From the human T2T-CHM13v2.0 reference genome, Homo sapiens: 64,000 bases of DNA. Position numbers and translations under genes: made by a program. Shown one piece after another: positions 1 to 14,745 of the stretch (the stretch's first letter is position 1; every line of letters begins with the position of its first letter). The notes beneath the pieces are model-generated. The model did no database searches. It saw only the letters and a program-made list of their open reading frames with translations, and was not told the DNA's origin. The stretch covers positions 38,912,001 through 38,976,000 of the forward strand of contig CP068257.2 in the NCBI GenBank assembly GCA_009914755.4, given 5' to 3'.

Positions 1-534
1 TTAATGAAGGAATAGTGATACAGAAGCGGGCAGGGAAGTGTTGGGTAGAGGAGGTTGTGGTCCCTGACTAGGGCTCTACTCCCAGGCCTGTGCCCACGGA
101 CCTAGGTGAAGGCAGACATTTCTGTTTTTGTGCCCAAATATTGCAATTCCCAAGACCACCCTGGCCTGCCATGCCCCCATCCTGTGCCTATAAAAACCCC
201 GAGACTCTAGCGGGCACGCACACAAGCAGCTGGATGTTGAGAGGAACACATCAGTGGAAAAAGACACAAGTGGCTGGACTTCGGGAGGAATGCACCGGCC
301 TAAGAGCACACCGACAGAAGCCAGCAGGCCAGCAGGCCATTGACCGGTGAATGCCGCAGAGTTTCGGGGAGGCAGAGGGAGGAGAGCCCTGGTGGCTGAG
401 CGGCCCAACTCCAGGGGAAAACCACCTTACCACTCCATCTCCCTTCTGGCTCCCCCATCTGCTGAGAGCTTCTTCCACTCAACAAAACCTTGCACTCATT
501 CTCCAAGCCCAGGTGTGATCTGATTCTTCTGGTA
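1..534 (+). mobile_element. Endogenous-retrovirus LTR-like sequence of unclassified family, truncated by the window edge. It has a U3/R/U5 layout with a TATA box.
   Basis: There is a TATAAAAA at ~189-196, followed by GC-rich R-like sequence. A degenerate poly-A-signal-like CAACAAAA lies at ~479-486 inside the motif TCTGCTGAGAGCTTCTTCCACTCAACAAAACCTTGCACTCATTCTCCAAG, which is typical of class I ERV R/U5. The element ends ...TTCTGGTACA at ~534. Confidence 0.4.
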
Positions 535-654
535 CAGCAAAGCAAGAAATCCTGGGATACAGAAAAGCCCTCTGTCTTTGTGATAAGGCAGGAGTCTAAT
601 TGATCTGATACGCACAAGCCACCTGCACATGCTAAACCAATAGAGCACACAGTA

Positions 655-682
655 ACACACAAACACACACACACACACACAC
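655..682. repeat. (CA)n microsatellite
   Basis: An ACACAC... run is read directly from the sequence. Confidence 0.95.
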
Positions 683-1590
683 TGGGGCCTCAGGAGCTGT
701 AAACATTCACCTCTAGACGCTGCCATGGGGTCGGAGTCACCACAGCCTGCCTGTCTGTATGCCCTCTCCTGAAAGTTTGAGCAGTGAGGCACCGAAAACA
801 CGAGCCACACCCCCATCACACACCCTGAGAGGGGGACAAAGGGACTTTTCCCATTTCAACAGTATCTTAAGAACTTGAGTGAATGTGTGAGCTTGATTTG
901 ATGAAAGAAATTCGGCTTATAACAAAAAATGCCAGTAGCTACCATTTAAACAATCTTAGTGGCAGTTGGGTCCTTAAGAAAATTTATTTATTTATTTATT
1001 TTAAACAACCAGATCTCATGAGAGCTAAGAAAATTTAGATCATGAGCAACTTAAAGTTAGAATTTTCATGAACAAATTTTTCAAAATTTTAATCTGTCAT
1101 TTTCCAATCTAATAGCACATAAAAATCTAAAATTTGGAAAATTAACAGATTTTCCGAAACCTTTATTTTTCGTTAATGAGAGAACACCACAGGATAATTC
1201 TCTTTTTTTTCCTTTTCTATGTTTTTATTTTTAAACTTGTCCTTTTTCTTTGCTTGATAAAGTAATTTAAAATATTAGATATTCCTTAAAAGGTTGAATA
1301 GAAAAAGTTATATTACATAAAATCTTAAGTGCTTATATACATATATAAACACTTTACATAGAGTTAAGATTTTTCAGCGCTTTCTGTGTTATCATGTATT
1401 AACAATCAATACAAACTCTTGGTACACATGTCTGCTAAACATAGAATCTGGACAAGTCAACTAATTCATTCTTTTTTTGCTTGAGTTTTCTGGTCAAGAA
1501 TGACTTTATAATAGACTCAGGGAAAACTTTTTTTAAAAAGTAGAGAAAGACAAATTCTTTTTGGGAAATGCAGTATTAAAAAATTCACAG

Positions 1591-1948
<358 letters not shown>

Positions 1949-4900
1949 TTACACCAGTGATATGCTAGAAAGATTTCAGAAAGGCTCATCATAACTTTAT
2001 AAATAAATCTGTTCATACTACTTGTGTTTTTACATACTGTTGAGTCCCAAAAGTGGATTTTATTTGTGACGTATTTAATTCATGGCAAGTATATACATAT
2101 AATACAGCATTACATAAATATACTTGGAAACAACAAAAACTAAACTTGAAAATGATGCCATTCCTCCAGTTTTTGGAGAATGAGGCATGTCTTCCTCTTT
2201 TCTGTCTAGCAGTGGACAGTGGTATAGTCAGAACCAGGTTAAAACAGATGTGGTCAGGGACCAAAAGAGTGTGTGTGAGGGCCCTGTAAGCAGCTACACC
2301 ACGGGGGTTCATCATACAAAGTGGGTCTTTGTGTTACAGATCTCCAATGTCATGAAACAAACATTCTTTAAGTGAGAAGAACAATTATACATTGCTGATA
2401 AACACTTCCGTGAATGTATCAAATGATTTGCTAAGATATTAAAACTAGTAACTTTTCAGAGTAATTTGGTTTCCATCAAGAAGCCTTCTGTGCAAGGAGG
2501 AAATAGCCACTCTCAATGTCTTGGATCCAAGAAACTACTTATTTGTCACCATTTTCTCTTTTCTCCTGTTAAAGAACAAGGACTTTAAAATTAGACAGAC
2601 TCAGCTCCCAGCTATATGGTCTCAGAAAATTCACTTAATGTTTTGAGGTACCCTCATTTCAGTCTCAGCCAAGAGGGCTCCTACTGAAAACCCCTGTGGC
2701 CTTCCATCTGAGAACCTTCTCTTGGCCAGCAAACAAGACAGAGCATGAACAGACCTCAGCCATAGATAAGGTGGGCTCCTGGTATCTCAGACATGATCAT
2801 TTGAAGTGTACTGTACCAAATCTCTCGGGGGCCCCAGGTGGGACTGAACCCCAGTTTCCCACACCAATAAACTGCTGGACAACACCCTCTCTACTGACTT
2901 CTTTTCTTTCCCATGTCCGTTCCCCAATTTCCTAGGATACTTTCTGGGCCTGCCTCTGAAAGAAGTTCCTTACACTCAAATTCTTGTCTAGGATCTTGCT
3001 TCTCGGGGAGCCCAGCGTCAGAGGCTCCCATCAACCTCCCAGCTGGAGCTGGCCCCCAGAGGCAGAGCTATAACTCTGCCTCCAGCTGGGTGGTTCACAC
3101 CTAAACCCTCTGAGCACTTTGCAGAACTTAGTTTTTTTCAGGGCAAGTACTTAGCAGAGAGGAGAAGGTGGGAATATTGTTCATGCCTTGTTTGTGACTT
3201 ACCACAAGGCCAAGCCTTTCAGGGACATGTCACTCCCTCAAATGAAACCCACTTTTATTTGGCTTATTCAGGGAGAAGGGGGTGAAGGCTACTCAGAGGG
3301 CTCCATCCAAGCCTTAACTGACACAGGTGCTGCAATGAGAATATGAAACTGGATGCCTTCCCCTTTTCAGGTGTGTAGAAGACAAGGACATCTGCCAAAA
3401 GAGGATGGGGTGAGAGATGGCATGGTAGGTGAGGCCGGGGGGTGGGATTCAGGGAGATAATGAGAGCCCTCGAGGTAACTTCGGGCTGGCCAGGAACTTT
3501 GCTTATCAGATTTTTGCAGCAGTTTGAAGAGAACCATTAGGGCACTTCAACAGAGGCCTGAATACATTAGTTAGCTTGATTGTGGCACTCAGTTCACAGT
3601 ATATACATATATCAAAACATTGTGTTATATAATTTAAATACAGAGCACTTTTATTTGTCAAAATCAATTAGTTAATTAAGAAAAAAAAAACAGAGCTCTG
3701 GATTTGATCCTGAGTCACTTTCTCAGTGGTACAAAATATGCTGGCAGGGGAGCTATTTCTAAGAATGATGCTCAGAGCTTTGGAGCCAGGAGGTCAAGGT
3801 GCTTCCCTGGCCTGTGTTCCTGAGCCCCTGCAAAGTTAGCAGCATTTGCACTGCCTGGTGTGGCTTAAAGTCCCTGCCCTGCTGTTCCATCCCTCTGATC
3901 TTTCCAAGCAGGTGGCTCTGGCCTCTGTGTCTCTTTAGGGCATTTGCTCTGTTAAGCTCCATTTTTCTCTGACCTTCCTATTCCTGATAGTGTCCCTATA
4001 TGGACATACAGGTGAAGCTCTCACTTCCTAAATGCTTCCAGCCACACTGCCTTCAGACAAAATCTACCCCATGTATGGTAGATGCCAAAAATAGCCATAA
4101 TCCTCCATGTCTCCAAGTATCATAGCCTTTACAATGATCTTCACAACTCCTCCTATCAAGTCCCATAGTCTTCTTCTCCACTCTAGCCACATGGGGCATC
4201 TTTGTATTTCACATTGGCCCACAGAATGTGAAAGAAGTTGCTGTGTACCAGCACTGAGTCTAAGCTTCTGCACACTCTCTCTCTGAAACCTACTGAGCTA
4301 CCATGTGAGGTAGTCTAGGGTTGCCTGCTGGACAACAGGAAACAATGATCCAGTTCTCCTTATCTTCCTAACACATAGCTGGCAACCAACCCCAGGAGAA
4401 GAGCCACCTCTCTGACAGGCAGCTGCTCATAAACTCATGACTGAACCTAGCTGACAGCAGAAGAACCACCCAACTGAGCTCAGCCTAAATTGCCAGTTCA
4501 CACAATCATGAACTAGACAAATAGCCATTGTTCTAAGCCACTAAGTTTTGAAGTAGTTTGTTATACAGTAATAAATAACAGATACACCCTGGAATAAATC
4601 CAGTATAATTATATTGCAGTGCCTGTTTCTGCTGTCATTGCTACTGGTGCAAAGGAAACATGAAGCTCACCCTTGCCTCTGGAGGAAGAACCGTGGGTGA
4701 AATCCTGAGACAGAAACCCTGTATGCGGCTCTCCTTTTATCTGAAGACCACCCGCCTCATAGCTGTGGAAACAGGAGCGGATGCTCTAATCATGCCACTA
4801 GTCATCTCCAGGAGTTCTGCCATGTAAGGTAACCTGGTCTGGCTGCCATCCATCATCTCTGTGTCTCAAAATATCACAGCTCCTTTTTAAACCTCAAAGC

Positions 4901-5654
4901 CAAAAAGCAAACCTTTCAACACTGGGGTGGTTCAGTGCCCAAAACCATAGTATTTCTACCATGTTCTGATGATGACTTCATAAATCATCATTGATTTAAT
5001 TTCACAAAGCTCTCCATGACATAAGCACAGCCATAGCCACAGTCCTGACCCATATTTAATGGTGAAATTCAAGAATCTACTATGTGTTGGGATTCTCCTC
5101 TTTCCTCCTCTGTGTGGCTCAAATAAGGCATAAGAGACACAAAGCGAGATTCATCATATTAACTTAAGGAATAAAGTGGCTTCCTCTGAGAACTTGGCCT
5201 CCAGTTCTCATAATATACTATATTATACTCCATTATAGTAATTACTGGCCTGTTATTTTGTTATACATTATTATACATAGAGTGTGTAGAAATGTTTTAT
5301 AAATAGAATAATGCATAGCCATTGCCCTGAATTTTCTAGAACAGCACTAATTTAAAATATTCCTTCCAGTAAATACTGGATATTGCTCTTCCTTGAGCCA
5401 AGAATTTCTTCTACTTCAATCGTCATGTCTGTGACATTTGCTAGCACCATAGTCTCATACTGTTGGTAAATTTTGTACAAGTGCATCTTGTCTTTCTAAC
5501 TAACTGGTCTATTCCTTAAGGTCACAAGCCTTGAGGGATGGCTTTATACGTCCCTACTCCTCCACTGCCAGGTACTCCATCTGTCCTTTGTTTTTGCTCA
5601 GTTGGCCTCAGTAACTCACCTGCTAAGTCATTGTCTCTGCTTTCAGAATCCTAG

Positions 5655-6056
<402 letters not shown>

Positions 6057-7741
6057 CTAGGCTTTCCATTTTTAGCCCCTCCTCTTCCTCAAAGCATTCC
6101 ATGGCACTCCCCTCTGGGAAGTTTCTCCAGTAAGGCAGTGATCACTGTGCTCTCCAGTGCTAAGAGGCGCTGGCATGCATCTGCCATTGGTTTTACATGT
6201 TACTATTACAAAACAGGGTGCTGTTTCTTAGTGGCCGTTAAATAGTTTTACCTTTGCACAGGAATCATATTTGCACTATTAGCTTGTGTTTATTAGGAGC
6301 AACCTTAACTGCAAAGTCTTGGATCCTTACAATGTGTTTCAAAAGCACATGGACCTCCTTCATAGTTGGTATGGAGCAGATCAAAGGTCTGCATCCCATC
6401 CTCAGAGACTCACAGTCCCTTCTGCTTGTCAAAGGATATTGCACCATCATGTCCCTCATATCAGCACCTGCCTGGACCATAATATGATTGGATGAGAAAT
6501 GTTCAAGGTAAATTTTTAAGTATTTTTAGCTCTTTCCATATAAGAATGTTCCAGACGTGACTTTGAGTTTGGAAGAATGTACATAACCACCTTCAGAACC
6601 TCCTTTTCTTTTTAGATGAAATCTCTTTTATTATAAAATATCAGAGAATTAGCATAACTCTTGGCTATCTATCCCTCGGGTATCCCTCTTTCTTTCCTTT
6701 CTGCAAGAAAAGCAAAACTAAGAACCTTTATTTACTTAGAAAGTCAGTTACAGGAGGCAATAAAGTTTATGGGAACAGGCTTGTCGTTGCTTATTTCCCA
6801 TTGACCCCAGCAATACTTTGGAGAAACAATTTCTATGTCACAGATATATTGCTTTAACTCTAAGGGTGCTGTTTATTTCAAGAGATGCCTTAACATGATG
6901 AAATAATAAGAACTGAACACCTTATACAATTGCCCTGGGCTCACATCTCAGTTGCTCTCTGCTGTAGCTCCACACTGCCCCCAGAAGTGACTTGTCCAAA
7001 CCAAGTGCACCATTCCATGGTCATTGTACGACAGACACAAACTCAGTACAAAGAAACACCATTGACTCCTCCTGATTTGGTTTTCTTTTTAGAATAATTT
7101 TCTTACCCAGGAACTGAAACTCCATTTATTGTTTAAGTCACATACAGATTTGATAAGCTCTCTTTTCTCAATTTGACTTTTGTTGATAAACAAAACTACA
7201 GGTTAAAAAAAGTTTTTAAATATTCACAAAAAATAATTTTCAGCCCTTCAGTTGACTGGTTGTCTACAAGTTGTCTTTTGGGAGCTCTGATAACAGGTGG
7301 TGTCTTGAACTGAGTTTACACTGAAAGTAAATGCTCTATCCCATTCTGTGTCATGATAAGACAATTCTGAGCAATTGCATATCCACCCTATAGAAAGACT
7401 CAAGTGCTTGGCTAATTTAAAATGACAAATAACCTAAAATAAGTTCTATTTGACATTAAAATGCTCTAAGAAAATATTTTTTCTCATCTATAGAGACAGT
7501 TTTCCTCTCACTTGGAAATCCCAGGACACTTCAGAATCCACCTATGGAATACCAAACCACCCTTTCTCCACCCTAAACCCACATTTCCTCAGGCCCCTCC
7601 TAGAGCCACAGTTTCCACCACCCACCCCATCGCTCGATAAGGGAGTCACAACATCCTCCCTGTTTTCTTCACTCTGTCCACATCCGTGGTGTCCATCAAA
7701 GCTACATGCCTCTTTGCCATAACATCTCTCAGCCCTGCCTG

Positions 7742-7835
7742 TCCATCCATCCATCCATCCATCCATCCATCCATCCATTCAACCATCCATCCATCCATCC
7801 ATCCATCCATCCATCCATCCATCCAACCATCCATT
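7742..7835. repeat. (CCAT)n / (ATGG)n tetranucleotide microsatellite
   Basis: There are ~23 CCAT units with a few CAAC/CATT variants. The HPSIHPSI and WMDGWMDG ORFs come from this tract. Confidence 0.97.
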
Positions 7836-9727
7836 CAGGCTTCCCTAGACTCCCCTCGACTGAACTATGTACAAGGAGTGCCCTGCTTCTGGTGTTGGTC
7901 AGCCTCGTTCCCACGACTATTTTCCACACCTCAGGCAGAATAAGAGTTTACACTGAAAACGTGATTGTCTCTCTCCAGCTACAATCTCCTTCTTGGCGTC
8001 TCGTCAACACCAGCAGAGCCAAAACCACCAAGGCTTGCAGGACATGGTGGTTTACAGTTCCTGCTGGCACCTGCAGCTTGCCTTTTGCCTGGAATCTGCC
8101 TCCCTCTCCCCAAGGCTGCTGCCGGTCTCAGGCGCATTATGCACCCTCTGGGATCAGGTTCCCTCTGCTGGGTACACCGTTCCAGCCACCACACCTGTCT
8201 CATTCTTCATTCACCCCTGTCTCCGTTTACCTGTCCTTTCTTATAGCCACATGCCCAAGCTCCTGCACGGTCCTTCTCCAGCACCCAGCACACCCCAGGG
8301 TCCCACAGTAGCCTTGGGTGTGTTTCCCCTCTGCACTGCAGACTGATGGGCAGGGACCACGTCAGTATTTCCACCACTGGGCCCAGCTCCCGGCTCAGAG
8401 AGGCAGCTGCTCAGTGAGCTTGCTCAGGGCAAGGGTGAAGGAAGAACAGAGCAGATTCCAACAGGAAATTCCAACCCAGAGCTCTCAGCTCAGCCTTAAG
8501 GAAGGAGGAGAGATGGGCAAAAAGGTTTGGTCCCCATTCCTGAGTGGTTGCATCACAGGTGGGTGGCATGCAGCACATTCCCTGCCATCAAAACACAAAT
8601 CTTGTCATGGAAAATGCAGGTCTTGCCCCCATTCCTTTCCTTCTTTTGCAGCAGAAATTCAATTAAACTGATAAATCAGCAACCAGTGATATTTGGCAGG
8701 TTCTGCATCCAGCATCCCACTCAATGCTCTGCACAGCTGTCTATTGTGGGTGTCACTTTGAAGATGAGGTGCTGGGCTTGGGGAGGACACACAGTGGGTC
8801 CAGCGACATGTGGGTGGCCTCAAGTAGGCAGAGCTGGGGTCTGACCACCTCCCAGATTCCAAAGCCTCATCATTTAAGGAGCTGCAATCTGTTCAAAGTA
8901 AATATTTTCAAAAGACTCAAGAGTTCTTACTTTTTGCTTTGATACACTCTTCTTTTATGCTCTCACGGCTGCTTAAAAGGTCATACAAATTAAATGGCTT
9001 TAAATCAATGTTATGATTTAATACTTTATATAAAAGAGGGTGCTTAAAATACTTTATACAAAGAAATTCCTTTAAAATTCAAACCACTGGGGAAAACAAA
9101 AAAAGAACAATGAATCTGAAATACTAATAAATATCAGATAAGACAGTTGCTGACGTCAAGTTAAAAAAATAAATAAAAGATCCATCTTTTTCCTCCTTGC
9201 AGATTGATTTCCCTGAACTATTTTGTGACAGAATCACTTCAAGTCTAGGTGTCTGAGATGCCTCACTGAATGAGCAGACAACATGAATGTTCTAGACACA
9301 TGGAAGGCAAGCAAAAAACAACACATAAATAAGCAAGCATGGGGTATGTGCAGCGGTAATGAAAGCTATAGGGAAACATAAAGGAAAGGTGGTCAGAAAT
9401 GTCTCATGCAGGTCATGATTTATATGTAGTGTTCAGACAGTTCTTGCCGAGGGCTTTAGCTCAGTGGTCCGGAACAAGAAAGCAAGCAGGGAAAGAAGAT
9501 CATGGGTGATGGGGGCATGCTGCTGATATAAGATGGCCAAGGGCATCCTGATGAGGGGACATAAGTACAGAGACTCAAAGGAAAGAGCAAGAGAGCCTGG
9601 GGTAACCTGGGGGAGAGAGAGCATGGGGTGACCTGGAGAAGAGAGAACTTGGGGTTAGAGAAACCTGCAAATGGAATGGCCCTGGGTAGGACTTTGGCGG
9701 GGGTGGTGCTTCAAAACAGCCACAAGG

Positions 9728-9730
<3 letters not shown>

Positions 9731-9772
<42 letters not shown>
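9731..9772. repeat. (GT)n microsatellite with a degenerate GCACACGCACGCGCATGTGCGCAT tail
   Basis: About 21 GT units are read directly. Confidence 0.97.
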
Positions 9773-9773
<1 letters not shown>

Positions 9774-10292
9774 ACACGCACGCGCATGTGCGCATATGTG
9801 CTTTTGGGCATTTCACAGGGCCCCAGGGACCACCGTGACAGCCTCAGTGAGGGATGGCACAGTCATCCGAAGCCTGGACAGACGTGGGTTAAAATAAAGT
9901 CACTTAATTGAATTAACTTTACAAGTTCAATGGAAAAATGTTTCACTTGCAGTTAGTCAGCAAAAGCAGGGAATCTGAGTGAAAAGGGATTCTGTAGGTC
10001 CTAAGATTGTTTCAGGATACTGTAAAGAGAATAAACGCTACCTCATTGTCTTGGCTTAAAAATAATCAAAACTATCCTTACCTCCTGCCAATGTGTGTGA
10101 TGAATCCAGGCATGTGTGAATGCATGTAAGAATAATTTCCTTTTCATTGCTCTATATATGTACAAAATATTTTGCATATTCCAGGATATATGTGAAAATT
10201 GTTTCTTTCTCTGATTTCCTAATTCAAGATCTGATGCACAAAACCAACATATAAGCATTGTTAAAGGAAATGAATCCACCTATCTATTTCCC

Positions 10293-10630
10293 CATCCAAA
10301 CATCTATCCATCCATCCACCCATCGTCCATCCATCCGTCCGTCCATCCATCCATCCATCCATCCAACCAGCCATCCATCCATCCATCTGTCCATCCATCC
10401 ATCCATTCATCCATCCATCCATCCATCCATCCAACCATCCATCCACCTGTCTGTCCATCCATCCATCCATCCATCCAACCCTCCATCCATCTGTCCATCC
10501 ATCCATCCATCCATTCATCCATCTGTCCATCCATCCATCCATCCATTCATCCATCCATCCATCCACCCACCCACCCACCCATCTATCCATCCATCCACCC
10601 ATCCATCCATCCATCCATCCTTCCATCTAA
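10293..10630. repeat. Long, impure (CCAT)n tetranucleotide array
   Basis: About 340 bp is dominated by CATCCATCC, with interspersed CTGT, CACC and CATT variants. It has the same motif and the same strand orientation as the 7742-7835 array. Confidence 0.97.
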
Positions 10631-13069
10631 CCCTCTGTTTTTCTATCTCTTCCTTCCTCCATCTAGGTTTGAAAATGAAGCTTCAAAACCTATTTAGGTG
10701 ATTGGAACATGTCATCACTCTCAATATTCTAGCTTCTTCAAGTGGTTTCCCTGAAAGGAAATCCATTTGATTTTCTTTTAAATAAATCTTCTGTTACTAA
10801 TACCTGATGTGCTGCAAGTATGATCTCATTTTAAAATGGCCACATATTTTAAAATTTACTTGATAAATCTGCATCTACTTTATTCCTATGGAATAACAGA
10901 ATTTTATAAAATAGAAGGTAAAAGCTAAATACCACCATTCTGCATTAAAAGTCAAAATTTAAACAGGCAGCCATATGTTTTTTATTCATTGAAATTAGGA
11001 TATTCCCAGGTTAGAGTATGTGAAATTTTTTTATGAAAATTGACTTTCATAACTAGAATAGAAAATTTGACCCCAGGTGGCAAAATCAATTCAGATTCCT
11101 TTTGACATTTTCTAACCTTGGAATTTCTCTAGGAGTAAAGTAGTTGCATAAAGATTATATTCTTGGATATTAATTATTTCAAGTAGTTTCCACAGGGAAA
11201 AAAGTAAATGTCATTTGTGACAGTTCAGAAGCAAGTCAAGGTTTTACTTCCTCTTGTATGTAAGAAAGGGAAAAATAGGAAATTCGACTAGAAAATGTGC
11301 ACATCTCCAGGGTAGCTGAAGGGAGTCTTCCTGCACAAAGGGTAGACTTGGGGTGATCCATGTGTGTACCCCGCCTTGATGTGGACCTGGAGACTCCACA
11401 GGCATGTCCCCAGAACTCTTGCTTCACTCTGCAGGATGATGACATTTATCACCAAGTGTTCATTTTTATGAACATATTTCTTGAGCTCTGCCTTGAAAAA
11501 CATTCTTTACATTTGAAGAGCAGGTATCTTGCTTGCTATCCAGGGCAATGATATAGAGTGATATATTTTTAAAAAGTAATCTATTATGTTACTCAATAAT
11601 TTTATGTAAGGTAATTACCCCAAAATAATCTTCTATATTACTTATTTTAATTTAATCTATTATCAATTATCCTCTGATTTAGAAATAAAGTACAGAATGA
11701 CATCAAATCATGGGCGGTTGTAATGATTTCTCCCAATATTACCTCTGTAATCTCTAAACTTACGTGGTATCATCTAGTAGTGAATAAGAAAAATAGGGGG
11801 TTCCAGCTTGGGGCAAGAGGATGGACTTTTCTGATAGACATACCTGGGTCTGACTTGGTTCCCCAAGAGGTGGTCACAGTTAAGACTGTAACCTTTGATA
11901 CCAAGTCACTAGGTTTTCATGCTGGCTGGCCACCTGCTCCCTATCTGATCTGCATATTTACTTACATTCCCTGTGTCTAAGTATCCTCATTCTTAAAATG
12001 GATACAATGACACTCTCTATCTTAAAGGTGTAGGGGAGAATTAAATAAGATAATACATATTTAAAGTCTTAGAACAGTGCTTCATGTGAATAAGCACTAA
12101 AAACAAAATGTTCATTTTCTCCTTATTATAACATATAATAACTTGAGCAAATAATTTCCCTAGACTTATATCCTCAACCATAATGTCAGACAAAAATGCA
12201 AACAGAGTTAGGGTGTGGTTTAAATGTGATGGCGTGTGTTCAGATCCTGGCAAATGCCTGCCACATTGTATCTCAATAAGCCTTAGTTTCCTTAACTTTC
12301 ATTCAGCCTTTACCAATCAGGATGTAAGAGTCACAGTGTTTGTCGAAGTTAAAAAATAAATTATCAGCATCATTCCTACTGTAGAGACTCAACTAACTGT
12401 AGATATGCAAGCACATTTTTCAAAAATATATTCATCTCATTTCTTAATGTACATTATTAGTTGAGTATCAGATATGTAGCAAGCACTGTGCTACGTGCAG
12501 AGGAGACAGGATGGATAAGAGCCAATCCTTGCCCTTGAGAAGCTCAAAGTCAGGTGGGAATGACAGGCAGATAAATACATAACATGCTAAAGGTTGGTGG
12601 TTGTGAGACTGTAGAGAGACGCGGCACCTCAGATACACCTAAATGGAGCAAGGTGACCAACTGGTTCAAAGATAGTGAGAGATGTCTAGGTCCAACCACA
12701 CCTGAAAGTATTTAAAGCAGGACTTTGTCTCCTTGCAAGGTCAACATGGATCATGATTTGGGAGAAAAAAACACCTACTTGGTTGAGAAGTATTTATAGG
12801 CAAGAAGCTGGAGGTAAGTGCTGTGGCCAATTCTCAAGGCAAATAAAGAAGCCCCTACAAGGACACCCACTGCAGTGCAGTGTTGAGCCTGAGACGTTAC
12901 TTTACATCACATCTCTGAATGGTGAACCTCATGCCTTTAATAAACGTAAGTGTCCAACATTCAGCCAGCAAATGTGCGAAAAACAATGAAAGTGGGCATC
13001 AGCATGTTCGATTTTATGGTTGGAGAAGAAGCGGAAACTGATTTCCTGTGATGCCGACTGGGACACTGT

Positions 13070-13215
13070 TAAGGGTTGAGTTGTGACCCCCTAAATTCCT
13101 ATGTTGAAGTCCTAACCCCAAGAACCTCAGAATATGACCTTATATTTAGAGGTCAGGTCATTACAGAGGTGATGTGAAACCATCTAAGATTCAAAGGTTT
13201 TCCAATACTCTACCA
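13070..13215 (+). mobile_element. MaLR LTR fragment (MLT1-like 5' part)
   Basis: CCTATGTTGAAGTCCTAACCCCAAGAACCTCAGAATATGACCTTATATTTAGAGGTCAGGTCATTACAGAGGTGATGTG matches my memory of the MLT1 5' region. Confidence 0.5.
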
Positions 13216-13242
13216 ATGGATTTTGAAAACCAAAGCTGACCG

Positions 13243-13556
<314 letters not shown>

Positions 13557-14384
13557 CGGTAGATTCTAATCTAATTCAGGGTGAAGATTTGGTCTTATTA
13601 ATTTTTGTAAGGACATAATATAACGGCTGACACAGAAATACAGTTTTGGGATGCGTAAAGAGGACACAGAAAATTTTGGCAATGATTTCTGAACTTGATT
13701 TAAAGCTCTCGAATTTTAAAAACAAGTCCAGCCGTGACAGCTTTGAAGGCCAGAGGCATGGTGCCTCCTTGTGCATCCCCAGAACAGGACTGCCTCACTT
13801 AGGAAATGCCCCTTAATAAATGCTCCTAGAACTGCAAAACACCTAACTTATTCCAAACTTTCCGGATGAAAAGGCAGAGGATTTTCTACTCCCATTTCAG
13901 GTCTCAGACTCCAGCTCATGACTTGAGAAACATCTTTTTCTCTCCCTGGCTTTCCAGAACATTCTCATGGGCCACAGAGATACCCATGAAAGTCCCTTAG
14001 CATTGAGCACTTTGATTAATTTATTGTTTAACAACTTATCAAACCCTCTTTTCACTGAACAAAGTTCCTGGAGGCCTACTGAAATATCATATCACTCAGT
14101 ATAATTTATTCAATATGTGGTGAGGAAGGGAGGTAGGTCGAGAGAGAGACAGACAGACAGCAGGCTGATTTATGACATAGATCGGTGCTGCCTTCTCCTC
14201 TTGCAAACATGTCCACAAATGGACAGCACTCTTGAGTAACTAAACTCTGAGAAAACTAACATTGTTTATTTGTGACATCTAATGCCTCAAGAAGAAATTA
14301 CTGGGAGAGAATGCTACCTTTTATAGGAATTATATTCCCCACCCCCACCAAAAAACTCACATGCTTAAGTACTAATCCCTAGTA

Positions 14385-14745
14385 CCTCTGTCCTTATTTG
14401 GAAATAGGGTTGTCACAGATGTAATTAAACAAAACAAAATTATAGTAGAGTAGGACGGGTCCTTAATCCTATATGCCTGGTGTCTTTATAAATAGGAGAA
14501 ATTTGGACACAGACAGACACACAGAGAGAATGCCCTGAGATGATGAAGGCAGAGATGAAATCACCAAACACCAAAGACTCCCAGAAGCTGGGAGAGACCT
14601 GGAATTGACTCTCTCTCAGCCTCAGAGGGAACCAGCCCTGCTGACTCCTTGATCTCAGAATTGCAGCCTCCAGAGCTGTAAGACAATACATTTCTGTCAC
14701 TGGCTGTACTTCCTTACAGCAGCCCCAACAAACCAACGCTTCCCA
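14385..14745 (+). mobile_element. MaLR LTR (MLT1-type, 3' two-thirds)
   Basis: The block TTATTTGGAAATAGGGTTGTCACAGATGTAATTAAAC ... GGTGTCTTTATAAATAGGAGAAATTTGGACACAGACAGACACACAGAGAG ... CTTGATCTCAGAATTGCAGCCTCCAGAGCTGTAAGACAATACATTTCTGTCAC is typical of MLT1. Confidence 0.6.

Noticed and set aside
3340-3480. Possible exon with the acceptor CCCCTTTTCAG|GT and the donor GAG|GTAACT
   Set aside because: Every frame hits a stop within the ~110 nt. Isolated splice-like motifs are expected by chance at this density, and there is no supporting CpG retention or ORF.
7706-8311. 201-aa plus-strand ORF and its neighbours at 7646-7943 with HPSIHPSI / WMDGWMDG repeats
   Set aside because: It begins inside the (CCAT)n microsatellite, so the periodic peptide is just the tetranucleotide read in frame. 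The remainder is low-complexity proline/serine-rich read-through with no domain.
7742-10630. Possibility that the regularly spaced short repeats are a CRISPR array
   Set aside because: The unit is 4 bp with no spacers, no leader and no cas genes. The context is primate DNA full of Alus. These are plain microsatellites.
10258-10701. 147-aa plus-strand and 121-aa minus-strand ORFs that look like repetitive proteins
   Set aside because: They are entirely a translation of the long impure (CCAT)n array on both strands.
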